Positions 8,604 through 18,577 of a stretch of 25,910 nucleotides of DNA are shown here, piece after piece. Under the pieces are notes generated by a model. That model saw only the letters and a program-made list of their open reading frames with translations, was not told the DNA's origin and made no database searches. Both the position numbers and the translations under genes were made by a program. Position 1 is the stretch's first letter. Every line of letters starts with the position of its first letter. Source of the stretch: Candidatus Hadarchaeum sp. (GTDB taxonomy: Archaea > Hadarchaeota > Hadarchaeia > Hadarchaeales > Hadarchaeaceae); NCBI RefSeq assembly GCF_049969415.1, contig NZ_JBMFOX010000019.1:1-25910 (forward strand). The letters are read 5' to 3'.

Positions 8604-9731
8604 TCACCGGATAATTATCTTTCTTATTTTTTTAGAGGCATCTTCAATAACTTTTTCGATGTTTATTAAATTTTCCTGCTTGAGGATTTCTTCCGCATTA
8701 ACCGTAGCTCCTGTGGCGGGTTGACTTTTTGCGCTTTTTATCCTCAGACCTATTTTTTCTCCAATATCTTTTATTTCATCTTCATCTAGAAAGGAAAGAG
8801 GTCTTAGCACTGGCACGTCGCAGACAGCATCGATGGCGGGTAAGTTTACCAACCCCAGTAATTTAATTGTTTCTGCATCATCTCCAGTTACAACGGCTTC
8901 AGCCCTAATCTTTTTCGCGATTAAGCTAGCGGCGCGCAATTCGCAACGCTTGTGAATAATTGAAGAAATTTTTTTGTCTTTATTTTTCAGAGTTCTGTTT
9001 AGGACTTTTTTAAATGGAAATACCAGGAGAGAATCGTCCGCCCCGAAGAGGGACAATTTCTTAGCTTGGCTGATAGTGCGCTTTGCCTGTTGATGCGTCG
9101 TTTGGTCAAGGGGATTTAAAAATAGCAGCGCAACGTTGCACCCCCTTTTTAACATCATAAAGGCGGCGATAGCATATTTTGCGCCGCCGGATAAGATCGC
9201 TACAGTTTTACCTTGAGTTCCAACAGGTAACCCGCCAACACCCTTAACTGTTTTGTAAAAGATGTAGGCATCACTACCCCGGACCTCAATTGAGATTTCA
9301 ACATCAGGGTGCGAAAGGTCAACTTTTAGACCTTTTAGGCGTGAAAGTATAGCCGATCCGATTTCAACGTTTATGTCTCTGCTCGAAAAGGCATGTTCTC
9401 CGACTCTGGTAGTTCTGACCGCGAAGGACATTCTTGGATGTAATATTTTTTTGGCCATGGCGATTGCCTTAGATTTAATATCATCGAGATGGGCCCGAGT
9501 TTTAATTGCCGGACTTACTGAGGTTATGCCCGGCATCTGGGACAGAATTTTTACGGCTTTAGCAGCAGCCGTGGTTTCAACAAAAATTCTGCCCCGTTCG
9601 GTTCTAAGGTTATGCGGCAATTCCTGCAGTGAACGTTCAATTGAGTTTATCAGGCTTTTCTCAAATCTTCTCCGCACGGGTTCACTTTTGAGGGCCAGTT
9701 CTCCGTATCTCACTATCACCGTGGATGTCAT
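8604..9731 (-). CDS. thiI: ThiI-like THUMP-domain protein with degenerate PP-loop
   Basis: VRYGELALKS, THUMP domain (SFAVR...VDLSHPD), GVGGLPVGTQGK, MMLKRG, VLRPL. PP-loop reads SGGAKY instead of SGGxDS. Confidence 0.85.
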   Translation of the reverse strand: MTSTVIVRYGELALKSEPVRRRFEKSLINSIERSLQELPHNLRTERGRIFVETTAAAKAVKILSQMPGITSVSPAIKTRAHLDDIKSKAIAMAKKILHPRMSFAVRTTRVGEHAFSSRDINVEIGSAILSRLKGLKVDLSHPDVEISIEVRGSDAYIFYKTVKGVGGLPVGTQGKTVAILSGGAKYAIAAFMMLKRGCNVALLFLNPLDQTTHQQAKRTISQAKKLSLFGADDSLLVFPFKKVLNRTLKNKDKKISSIIHKRCELRAASLIAKKIRAEAVVTGDDAETIKLLGLVNLPAIDAVCDVPVLRPLSFLDEDEIKDIGEKIGLRIKSAKSQPATGATVNAEEILKQENLINIEKVIEDASKKIRKIIIR

Positions 9732-9875
9732 GGTATCGAAAAGTTCTATCTTCGCTCAGACTAAAAATTAGGCTATTGTTAGCCGGAAACACACTTTCTT
9801 GGCTTATAGTTAGCTACAGTTGTCTAAAAATGATAATTTTAATTAAAAAAGAACGAAGAAACAAAGTGGTGAACA

Positions 9876-10352
9876 ATGCCCAAGGTTCTGGTTATTTATG
9901 ACTCGTCGTCAGGAAATACGGAGAAGATGGCTCAAGCGGTGGCCGAGGGTGCGAGAGAAGTAGCCGGCGTTAATGTGGTGCTTAAAAAGGTCGACCAAGC
10001 CAAAGTTGACGAGCTGTTAGATGCGGACGGCATAATCGTCGGTTCCCCTTGCCATTTCGGCCAGATGTCCGCCAAAGTGAAGGCCTTTATCGATGAATCG
10101 GTGAAACACTATGGCAAGCTCGATGGAAAAGTTGGCGCGGCCTTTACCAGTTTTGGGGGCTCGGGTGGGTCTGAAACCACGCTACTGTCGATGCTCCATG
10201 CCCTGCTCATCCACGGCATGGTCGTAGTTGGGAGATCAAAGCGCATGCACTACGGGTCGGTTGCGGTGGGAACACCGAACCAAGACAGCATCCAAGACTG
10301 TCGGGAGCTGGGATATAGGGTCGCAAGTATTGTGGTTAAGTTGACCAGATAG
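9876..10352 (+). CDS. Flavodoxin-fold / WrbA-like NAD(P)H:quinone oxidoreductase
   Basis: YDSSSGNTEKMA FMN phosphate loop, IIVGSP, GKVGAAF. GGTGA SD upstream. Confidence 0.9.
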   Translation: MPKVLVIYDSSSGNTEKMAQAVAEGAREVAGVNVVLKKVDQAKVDELLDADGIIVGSPCHFGQMSAKVKAFIDESVKHYGKLDGKVGAAFTSFGGSGGSETTLLSMLHALLIHGMVVVGRSKRMHYGSVAVGTPNQDSIQDCRELGYRVASIVVKLTR

Positions 10353-10387
10353 CTTTGACCGCTTGAGCAGCCAAATTAGCCGCATCT

Positions 10388-10927
10388 TTAGTGCTGCTTC
10401 AGAAGCTTTAATATCTTGGCTCCCGCCGCCTTAATGTCTGTCATGCTTTTGGCGCCAGCGCAGACCCCCTTGCCGGAGACAAAGAGGAGCACTACTACTT
10501 TAGGTTCGTCCAGCCGGAAGACTAGGCCCGGAAAGACTTCGGGCTCATATTCAGTATTTTCAAAAGTTCTGGCTATTTTCTCCAAGTCGAATTCGCGCCC
10601 GAAATCGAAGGAAGCCACAATATTTTGAACTTTTACCTTGGGCTCACTTTTCACCTTAACTCCGGCTTTCTGAAGTTTCTTGGTGAGTCTTTTGATAGCC
10701 AGCTTAGCATCCGCCATGCTCCTGGCGCCAACGCAGTTCATCTTCCCTGAGGCAAAAATTAAGAAGGAGGCCTGCGGATCCTCTGATTTATAAGCGATTC
10801 CAGGAAATACCTCAGGATCATACCTTGCCCCCTCAAGCGATCTGGCCAGCTTCTCCAAGTCAAACTCAACGCCTTCGTAGGTCACGGAAAGCACGATGTT
10901 TTGTAACTGGGTTTTTACCTCCGCCAC
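10388..10927 (-). CDS. tbp: TATA-box binding protein
   Basis: Two repeats: QNIV...YDPEVFPG...LIFASGK and QNIVAS...YEPEVFPGLVFR...LLFVSGK. Confidence 0.97.
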   Translation of the reverse strand: MAEVKTQLQNIVLSVTYEGVEFDLEKLARSLEGARYDPEVFPGIAYKSEDPQASFLIFASGKMNCVGARSMADAKLAIKRLTKKLQKAGVKVKSEPKVKVQNIVASFDFGREFDLEKIARTFENTEYEPEVFPGLVFRLDEPKVVVLLFVSGKGVCAGAKSMTDIKAAGAKILKLLKQH

Positions 10928-11011
10928 AAAATCAACCCTTCCTTGACTACTCTCTTACGCATGCTTAAAAAGGTTGAGTAATTAATCTTTTAGATAGTTA
11001 GGAGAACTTCG

Positions 11012-11293
11012 GTGAGAGCTGTGGCTGTCACGGTAAAATTCTTTGCCAATTTTAGGGAGGCGGCTGGTGTAGAGAGCGCGCTGGTAGAAGCTGCCGATGT
11101 TTACTCACTGCTGAAGGCGCTTGTGGCTAAATTTGGTGAGAGGTTAAGTAAACTGCTCTTCGAGGGCGAAAAATTGCGTGAGACCGCATGCATCATCGTA
11201 AACGGAAAGAGCATTAATCTGTCAGAAGGATTGCGTACCAAGTTGAAAGACGGCGATGTTGTGGCCATATTCCCCCCGGTATCGGGAGGTTAG
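11012..11293 (+). CDS. moaD: MoaD/SAMP ubiquitin-like sulfur carrier
   Basis: VKFFANFRE, IIVNG, C-terminal FPPVSGG. Alternative GTG start at 11021. Confidence 0.92.
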   Translation: MRAVAVTVKFFANFREAAGVESALVEAADVYSLLKALVAKFGERLSKLLFEGEKLRETACIIVNGKSINLSEGLRTKLKDGDVVAIFPPVSGG

Positions 11294-11311
11294 TTTCCGC
11301 GGTGATGGTTC

Positions 11312-11743
11312 TTGCCTGACGTGGGTATACATCGAAAGGGAGAAGTTACTCTTCCCGATCTTCTTGAAAGGATGAAAACCAGCTTGGGTAAAGATGTGGG
11401 TGCCATTGGTTGTTTCGTGGGAGTTATCCGAGAAGTTTCCACGGATGGGGAACTTGTTAAATATCTGCATTACGAAAAAGCCGAAGACGCGATGGAACAG
11501 CTTGAAGAGATAGCGCTCGATTTCGAGAGGATCCCCGGAATCAGGAGGGTAATGATTCACCATGTCGTTGATGATCTCTCTCCCGGCGATGACGCAATCT
11601 ATGTGCTAGTAGCGGGGGTCCGGCGGGCTGAGGTTTTCAAAGCCCTTGCGGAAATAATGGATAGGGTAAAAAAAGAGGTTTTCATCTGGAAGGAAGAAGT
11701 CACTGAAGATAAAAGACGCTGGGGCCACGAAATTGACCGCTGA
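11312..11743 (+). CDS. moaE: Molybdopterin synthase catalytic subunit
   Basis: GAIGCFVGVIRE, LHYE, MDRVKKEVFIWKEE. Follows moaD. Confidence 0.9.
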   Translation: MPDVGIHRKGEVTLPDLLERMKTSLGKDVGAIGCFVGVIREVSTDGELVKYLHYEKAEDAMEQLEEIALDFERIPGIRRVMIHHVVDDLSPGDDAIYVLVAGVRRAEVFKALAEIMDRVKKEVFIWKEEVTEDKRRWGHEIDR

Positions 11744-12812
11744 AAAAGACGACCGCAGGATAGTCAGGACGTCAGCAAATTCCCTGCTTTTGGGAAGGAT
11801 GCCCAAAGGCTGCCGACTCTGCATAAAAGGGGCTAAGATGGTTCTTTTTGTAACAGGTCTTTGCCGGCGCCACTGCTTTTACTGTCCGTTGTCTGACAAA
11901 AGGGCGGGTAAGGATTTAGCGTATGCGAATGAAAGACCGGTTAAGTCGATTAGGGATATTCTAGAGGAAGCGAAATCAATGGACGCCTTGGGCACCGGAA
12001 TCACCGGTGGCGATCCATCGCTTAGATTTAGGCGCGTCTTAACCTATCTAAGACGCCTGAAGCAGGAATTTGGTCCAGATCACCATGTACACATGTACTG
12101 TTGTGGTGAGCTATCGAGGTCACAGCTACTCCGGCTCAAACGCGAGGGTCTGGATGAAATCAGGTTTCACACTTGGTCGGCAGAGCCGGTTAAGCTGGCG
12201 CTGGAAGTCGGACTTAATGCTGGTGTTGAGATACCCGCCATCCCTGGTGATTATCAAAGGATAGTCTCGCTCTTGACCGAGCTGGAAAAAATAAAATGCA
12301 ATTTTTTTAACCTGAATGAGCTTGAGTTTTCCGATACCAATTTGGCGCAGCTTAGGGCGAGAGGATTCGAGCTGAGGTCCAGCACTTCGATGGCGGTCAA
12401 GGGAAGCGAGGAGGAGGCAATCCGGGTCCTCAGATGGTCCGCTAAGAACACGAAACTGAATATTCACTATTGCCCCAGCGCCTTGAAGGATTCAGTTCAG
12501 CTGCGCAACAGGCTCAAGCGCAAGGCGAAAAATGTCGCTAGAGCTCACGAGGCCATCACGCCTGATGGCCTTTTGGTAAAAGGGGTGATCTTGAACCTTC
12601 CCGTTGAGAAGCTGATTTCGGTGCGATCAAGATTGATGCGAAAACACGAAATCCCGGCAGATTTAATTGTAATCGATCGTCGCAGAAAAAGGATTGAGAT
12701 GCACTGGCGCGTTGCCGAGAACTTGGCCAAAATTGAGCGGGACCTTACTTTCGCTTTAGTCGAGGCTTACCCCACCTACGACGGGCTTGAGACGACCTTG
12801 ATCCCGCTCTGA
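11733..12812 (+). CDS. Uncharacterised archaeal radical SAM protein (COG2108-like)
   Basis: GCRLC...LFVTGLCRRHCFYCP (CxxxCxxC), ITGGDP, GLDEIRFH, NLNELEFS. Confidence 0.88.
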   Translation: MTAEKDDRRIVRTSANSLLLGRMPKGCRLCIKGAKMVLFVTGLCRRHCFYCPLSDKRAGKDLAYANERPVKSIRDILEEAKSMDALGTGITGGDPSLRFRRVLTYLRRLKQEFGPDHHVHMYCCGELSRSQLLRLKREGLDEIRFHTWSAEPVKLALEVGLNAGVEIPAIPGDYQRIVSLLTELEKIKCNFFNLNELEFSDTNLAQLRARGFELRSSTSMAVKGSEEEAIRVLRWSAKNTKLNIHYCPSALKDSVQLRNRLKRKAKNVARAHEAITPDGLLVKGVILNLPVEKLISVRSRLMRKHEIPADLIVIDRRRKRIEMHWRVAENLAKIERDLTFALVEAYPTYDGLETTLIPL

Positions 12813-13332
12813 AATATTCTTCAGCCAATTTAGAGTAGTTAATGGCCTGCGTTTTGATCTGTCGGAATTCTTCATCGGTAATCGTCCGCAGAGGTCTGGC
12901 CGGGATGCCCACGACAACGGTGCGCGGTGGTACTTCGACATCGCGGAGAACCACCGCCCCAATTCCGACCATGGCGCCTTTCTTGACCGTTGCGCGGTTA
13001 AAAACGGTGGCACCGGCACCTATGAGGCATTGATTTTCGATGGTGGCACCGTGTATCAGCGCATTGTGGCCGATGATAACATAACTGCCTATCTTGGTAG
13101 AGAGATACTCTGGTTTCCCGTCTCGATACACATCCCCGGCGTGAATTACGGCATTATCCTGGACATTGGTGTAGTTGCCGATTTTTATGTTGGCGAAGTC
13201 TGCCCGGACGACTGCTCCGGGCCAGATGCTGGCGTGCTTACCAACGATAACGTCGCCTATAATTGTCGCGGACGGGTGAACGAATGCCGTCCTGTGGATG
13301 CGGGGTCTTTTGCCCCGAAAGGACTCAATCAT
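12745..13332 (-). CDS. Gamma-class carbonic anhydrase family (left-handed beta-helix)
   Basis: Hexapeptide repeats, VRAD, TNVQDNAVIH, IGHNALIHG (three His ligands). Confidence 0.92.
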   Translation of the reverse strand: MIESFRGKRPRIHRTAFVHPSATIIGDVIVGKHASIWPGAVVRADFANIKIGNYTNVQDNAVIHAGDVYRDGKPEYLSTKIGSYVIIGHNALIHGATIENQCLIGAGATVFNRATVKKGAMVGIGAVVLRDVEVPPRTVVVGIPARPLRTITDEEFRQIKTQAINYSKLAEEYFRAGSRSSQARRRWGKPRLKRK

Positions 13333-13556
13333 GTTGGCGCAACTGCCTCTTCCTTTCTGCTCTGGATCAAAATTATCTCGCCGATTGCCATGACGCTGCT
13401 GTAAGGGATTGACAGGGCCTTGCCCCCCTTTCGTTCGAAGACTAGGCCTACTATCGCCCCCTCTTTATCATCTAACACCGCATCTTCTACTGTCCCCACG
13501 TAACGCGCGCGGTCGCTGTAGACTTTAAGGCCATTTAACTCGGACAGCCTTTTCAT
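13329..13556 (-). CDS. PRC-barrel domain protein (CdpB-like)
   Basis: MKRLSELNGLKVYSDRARYVGTVED...IPYSSVMAIGEIILI. GAGGTGA SD before ATG 13556. Confidence 0.85.
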   Translation of the reverse strand: MKRLSELNGLKVYSDRARYVGTVEDAVLDDKEGAIVGLVFERKGGKALSIPYSSVMAIGEIILIQSRKEEAVAPT

Positions 13557-13771
13557 CAGGTCACCTCGCCATTTACTCATACGGCGGCTTTTTAGTTCTT
13601 TCGCTGATCTTGTCCTCAGAGGTGTTGGGTCGATTTTTGCGGGAAGAACTTTGTTGCCGAATGAGTTTAATGACCTCTTTCAGAAATCGCAAAGACAATC
13701 GAAAGTTCGACCGTCTATTTTGATTTTCATAGCGTGGGTTGAGGTGGGGATTTTACTGCGGAAGAGGTGCT

Positions 13772-13787
13772 GAGTAAGCTTTAAGTA
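13772..13787 (+). promoter_or_regulatory. Putative rRNA operon promoter (BRE/TATA)
   Basis: TTTAAGTA at 13780-13787. Predicted TSS near G13811, where a structured leader begins. Confidence 0.55.
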
Positions 13788-13929
13788 TGGCAAATTGTAG
13801 AGATTATAACGTCCACACTGCAGTGTGAACGGCGTCGATTGGAGTTTGGGACTCAAATGTCCCACGATGAGAAATCGTGCTCTTGGTGTGGACTCAAAAT
13901 GTGGATCCGAACAAACCAGGCTACTGGAA

Positions 13930-13961
13930 GGGCTCGGGTCCGAGATAGGTTCGGTACTCAA
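13930..13961 (+). other. 5' strand of the 16S processing stem (bulge-helix-bulge)
   Basis: GGTTCGGTACTCAA (13948-13961) is the exact reverse complement of 15475-15488. CGAG/CTCG 4-bp helix flanked by 3-nt bulges ATA and TTG. Confidence 0.85.
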
Positions 13962-13988
13962 GCCAATTTCATTGGCTTTGCGACAATA

Positions 13989-15466
<1,478 letters not shown>

Positions 15467-15494
15467 TTGAAGTTTTGAGTACCGAACCCTCGTT

Positions 15495-15566
15495 GGGCCT
15501 GTAGCTCAGAGGTAGAGCGTCGGCTTTGCAAGCCGAAGGTCGCGGGTTCGATTCCCGCCGGGTCCA
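15495..15566 (+). tRNA. tRNA-Ala(UGC), CCA not encoded
   Basis: Acceptor GGGCCTG/CGGGTCC with G3:U70, anticodon arm TCGGC-TTTGCAA-GCCGA, T-loop TTCGATT, discriminator A. Confidence 0.98.
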
Positions 15567-15634
15567 CATCAATAAATGCGGCACGCGAGGAAACTCTCGT
15601 GCTAAGGGCATATTGCGGGAAACGCAAGATGATT

Positions 15635-15674
15635 GCCGTGCATAGGTCGCAGCTGTGCTAGCTGGGTTTACAGA
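15635..15674 (+). other. 5' strand of the 23S processing stem
   Basis: 15635-15663 pairs with 20346-20374 (29 bp including 5 G-U). Relaxed BHB-like TTAC-AGA / GTAA-CAA just inside. Confidence 0.85.
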
Positions 15675-17708
15675 GAACTTAGTAAGCCACCTGGGGGATG
15701 GCTTGGCTCGAGCGCCGAAGAAGGCCGTGGCAAGCGGCGAAACGCCTAGGCGAGGTGCAAGCAACCGTTGAACCTAGGATCGCTGAATGGGACTTCCTGA
15801 CGGAGGTAAACCTCCGTCGCTCGCGCGAGCGAGCGGGAACCCCGGGAACGGAAACATCTTATTACCGGGAGGAAAAGAAAGCAACCGCGATGCCGGGAGT
15901 AACGGCGAGTGAAACCGGCAGAGGGCAAACCGAACCTGGTGGCGAAAGTCACTGGGGATGTGGGGTTGTAGGACTCCCTCCAATCCCTCGCGTGAGAAGC
16001 CGAAGCAGTTGGAAACCTGCGCCGTAGAGGGTGACAGCCCCGTAGGCGTAATCGCGCAGGGTACGAGGGGGAGGATCCTGAGTAGGGCGCCTCGGAATTG
16101 GTGCCTGAAGCTGGGGGGCATCAACCCCCAACCCTAAACACGTCTCGAGACCGATAGCGGACGCAGTACCGCGAGGGAAAGCTGAAAAGTACCCCGGAAG
16201 GGGGGTTAAAAGAGCCTGAAACTAGGTGGCGATAGTAGGGCACGGCTCGAAAGAGTTGATCCTCCCCGAAGGAAGCCGTCGCGAGGCGGTGGTACGAGGG
16301 GAGGGAATCAGGGTCGTGCCGTCCGTCTAGAATCACGGGCCAGGGAGTTTCGCGCCGTGGCGAGGCTAAGCGGTTCAACCGCGGAGCCAGAGCGAAAGCA
16401 ACAGGTCCGCAGCCCGCAAGGGTGAGGGACGGGGTGTTAACAGCGCCCGGAGTCACGACGCGAAGACCCGAAACCGGGCGATCTAGTCCGAGGCAGGCTG
16501 AAGTCCCTCTTTGAGGGATGGAGGGCCGAACCGGTCTTGATGTGCAATTCGGTCGGATGACCTTGGGCTAGTGGCGAAAGACCAATCAAGCCCGGTGACA
16601 GCTGGTTCCTTCCGAAGCTGGCCGCAGTCAGGCCTAGCGCGAGGTCGCCGGTGGCGTAGAGCACCGATTGGGGATGCGTGGGGGGAAACCCCCGGCTCTC
16701 CTGTCGAACTCCAAAGCTGCCGGCACCGTAGATCGCTAGAGACGGGATGCGGGGGGTAAGCTCCCGCTCCGAGAGGGGAAAAACCCAGACCGGGGTTAAG
16801 GCCCCTAAATGTCGGCTAAGTGTCAACCTAGAAGGGCGTCCTCGTCCTCAGACAGTGGGAAGGTAGGCTCAGAAGCAGCCATCCTTTAAACAACGCGTAA
16901 TAGCGGACCCATCGAGGGCGGGGGCCCCGAAGATTCACGGGGCTAAGCCGACTGCCGATACCTCGGGGCAGTCGAAGTTTAGTAGACTGATCTGGTAGGA
17001 AGGCGTCCGGCGTGGGGAGAAGTACGGCCGAGAGGTCGTATGGACCACGTTGGAATGAGGATCCTGGTGGTAGTAGCAGCATAGTTGGGTGAGAATCCCA
17101 ACCGCCGAAGGGGCCCGGGTTCCTCGACAATGATCGTCAGTCGAGGGTTAGTCGGTCCTAAGGTGGCTCTCAACCAGACGCCATCGAAAGGGAATCCGGT
17201 TAATATTCCGGAACCACCTAGGTACCTGCGGCAACGCAAGCCCGGCTTCCGACGCTCTGAGATAGGCCGAGTGAGGTCGTCGCCTCATTTAACCGTTGAA
17301 ACCCGGGGAGTTCCGTAATGGAGAGAACCGGGTGAAGGCGGGAATAGCCTGCCGTTAGGTGGGTTCGGCTGATTCTTGGAGCCCGTGAAAAGGGAGCCGG
17401 GAAATGGGACCCTGGGTGACCGTACCTAGATCCGACACAGGTGCCCCTAGGTGAGAAGCCTAAGGCGTGTCGAGATACACCAGGCTAGGGAATTCGGCAA
17501 GTTGGCCCAAAAGCTTCGGTAGAATGGGTGCCTGCCCCGCGAGGGGCAGGTCGCAGTGACTAGGGGGCTACGACTGTTTAATAAAAACGTAGCTTACTGC
17601 GAAGGCGAAAGCCTTTGTACAGTAAGTGAATTCTGCCCAGTGGCGGTACGTGAAGGCCCGGTCCAACGGGCAGAAGCGCCGCCAAACGGCGGGGGTAACT
17701 ATAACCCT

Positions 17709-18530
17709 CGAACAAGGGGGTTGTAAAACTTGGCTGTATGCGGGGAAGACAGAAACTCCGAGAGTTTCGGAGAATGAGTCGACCCGCAGGAAACCTCTGA
17801 GAGCCAGAGAACTTATAACAAAGTCCCTCTTAAGAAAAGCGGGGAAAACGATGAGCCTAGCTTACTTATTGGGCGTTATGCTTGGAGATGGCGGCCTTTA
17901 TGGAAAGTCATATACAGTTTTCTGCAGGGACAGCGAAAAGAGATTTGTCGAGGAAATTGCCAGAATTGTGGAAGAGCTCTTTCAGATAAAGCCCAAGGTG
18001 CGGAGAATCTCTTCGGACTGCTGGATGGTCAGCACCAACCACCGAAAAGTTCACAGTTTCTTTGAGAGGCTACACTATCCCAAAGGAAGGAAACTTACAA
18101 CGCTGGATATTCCACCGATGTTTCTGCAGGACAAGTTAAAGCTGGAAGTCGTTCGAGGACTTTTTGACGCTGAGGGTTACTGTGGTCTTGACGTTCAGAG
18201 ACACCGGGAGAAAGTGTATGTTTATCCCTACGTTGGCATTGATATGATCGCCAGACCATTGATTCTACGTCTTCAGGGGATTCTGAGGGAACTTGGAATT
18301 GAGTCCTTCGTTAGCGTCAGAAAGCGCAGAGCTTGGGGAAAAAATCCGCAGTTTTCTTTGGTAATCAAGGGCGTGGAGAGAGTCAGTAAGTTCAAGGAGA
18401 TAATAGGTTTTAGACATCCAAAAAAGGCCGAGAAATTGAAGAGGCTCTTTGAGGAGGGATCCTCAGAGACCATACGCCAGGCACGCGTTGAGCGTGATGA
18501 TATGGTCCACCCTTCCACAAGGGAAGGAGG
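17709..18530 (+). mobile_element. Group I intron at 23S position L1923 (IB-like, no P2) with a homing endonuclease in L6
   Basis: Removal restores TAACCCT|CTTAAGGTAG. Exon ends in U, intron ends in G. P1 AACCCUC/GGGGGUU with U-G at the splice site; P3 TTGGC/GCCAG; P4 TGCGGG/CCCGCA; R TCAGAGACCA; S GATATGGTCC; P9 CCTTCC/GGAAGG. Confidence 0.92.
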
Positions 18531-18540
18531 CTTAAGGTAG
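17851..18540 (+). CDS. Two-motif LAGLIDADG homing endonuclease, 229 aa
   Basis: LAYLLGVMLGDG and VVRGLFDAEG motifs. ATG 17851 follows GGGG. Stop TAG lies in the 23S 3' exon. Confidence 0.9.
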   Translation: MSLAYLLGVMLGDGGLYGKSYTVFCRDSEKRFVEEIARIVEELFQIKPKVRRISSDCWMVSTNHRKVHSFFERLHYPKGRKLTTLDIPPMFLQDKLKLEVVRGLFDAEGYCGLDVQRHREKVYVYPYVGIDMIARPLILRLQGILRELGIESFVSVRKRRAWGKNPQFSLVIKGVERVSKFKEIIGFRHPKKAEKLKRLFEEGSSETIRQARVERDDMVHPSTREGGLR

Positions 18541-18545
18541 CGTAA

Positions 18546-18577
<32 letters not shown>

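Noticed and set aside
7325-9731. Calling aroA and thiI pseudogenes
   Set aside because: Both frames are full length without stops or frameshifts and keep structural motifs.
13811-13893. Possible tRNA-like or separate ncRNA gene in the rRNA leader
   Set aside because: No T-loop or D-loop consensus; better explained as leader structure.
15605-15640. Possible K-turn/box C motif (GATGATT) in the tRNA-23S spacer
   Set aside because: No clear partner box D or tandem G-A strand could be assigned by eye.
17626-17850. Track start of the endonuclease ORF at 17626 (GTG)
   Set aside because: It lies in the 23S exon and ribozyme core; ATG 17851 directly precedes the first LAGLIDADG motif. The open frame itself is reported as a finding.
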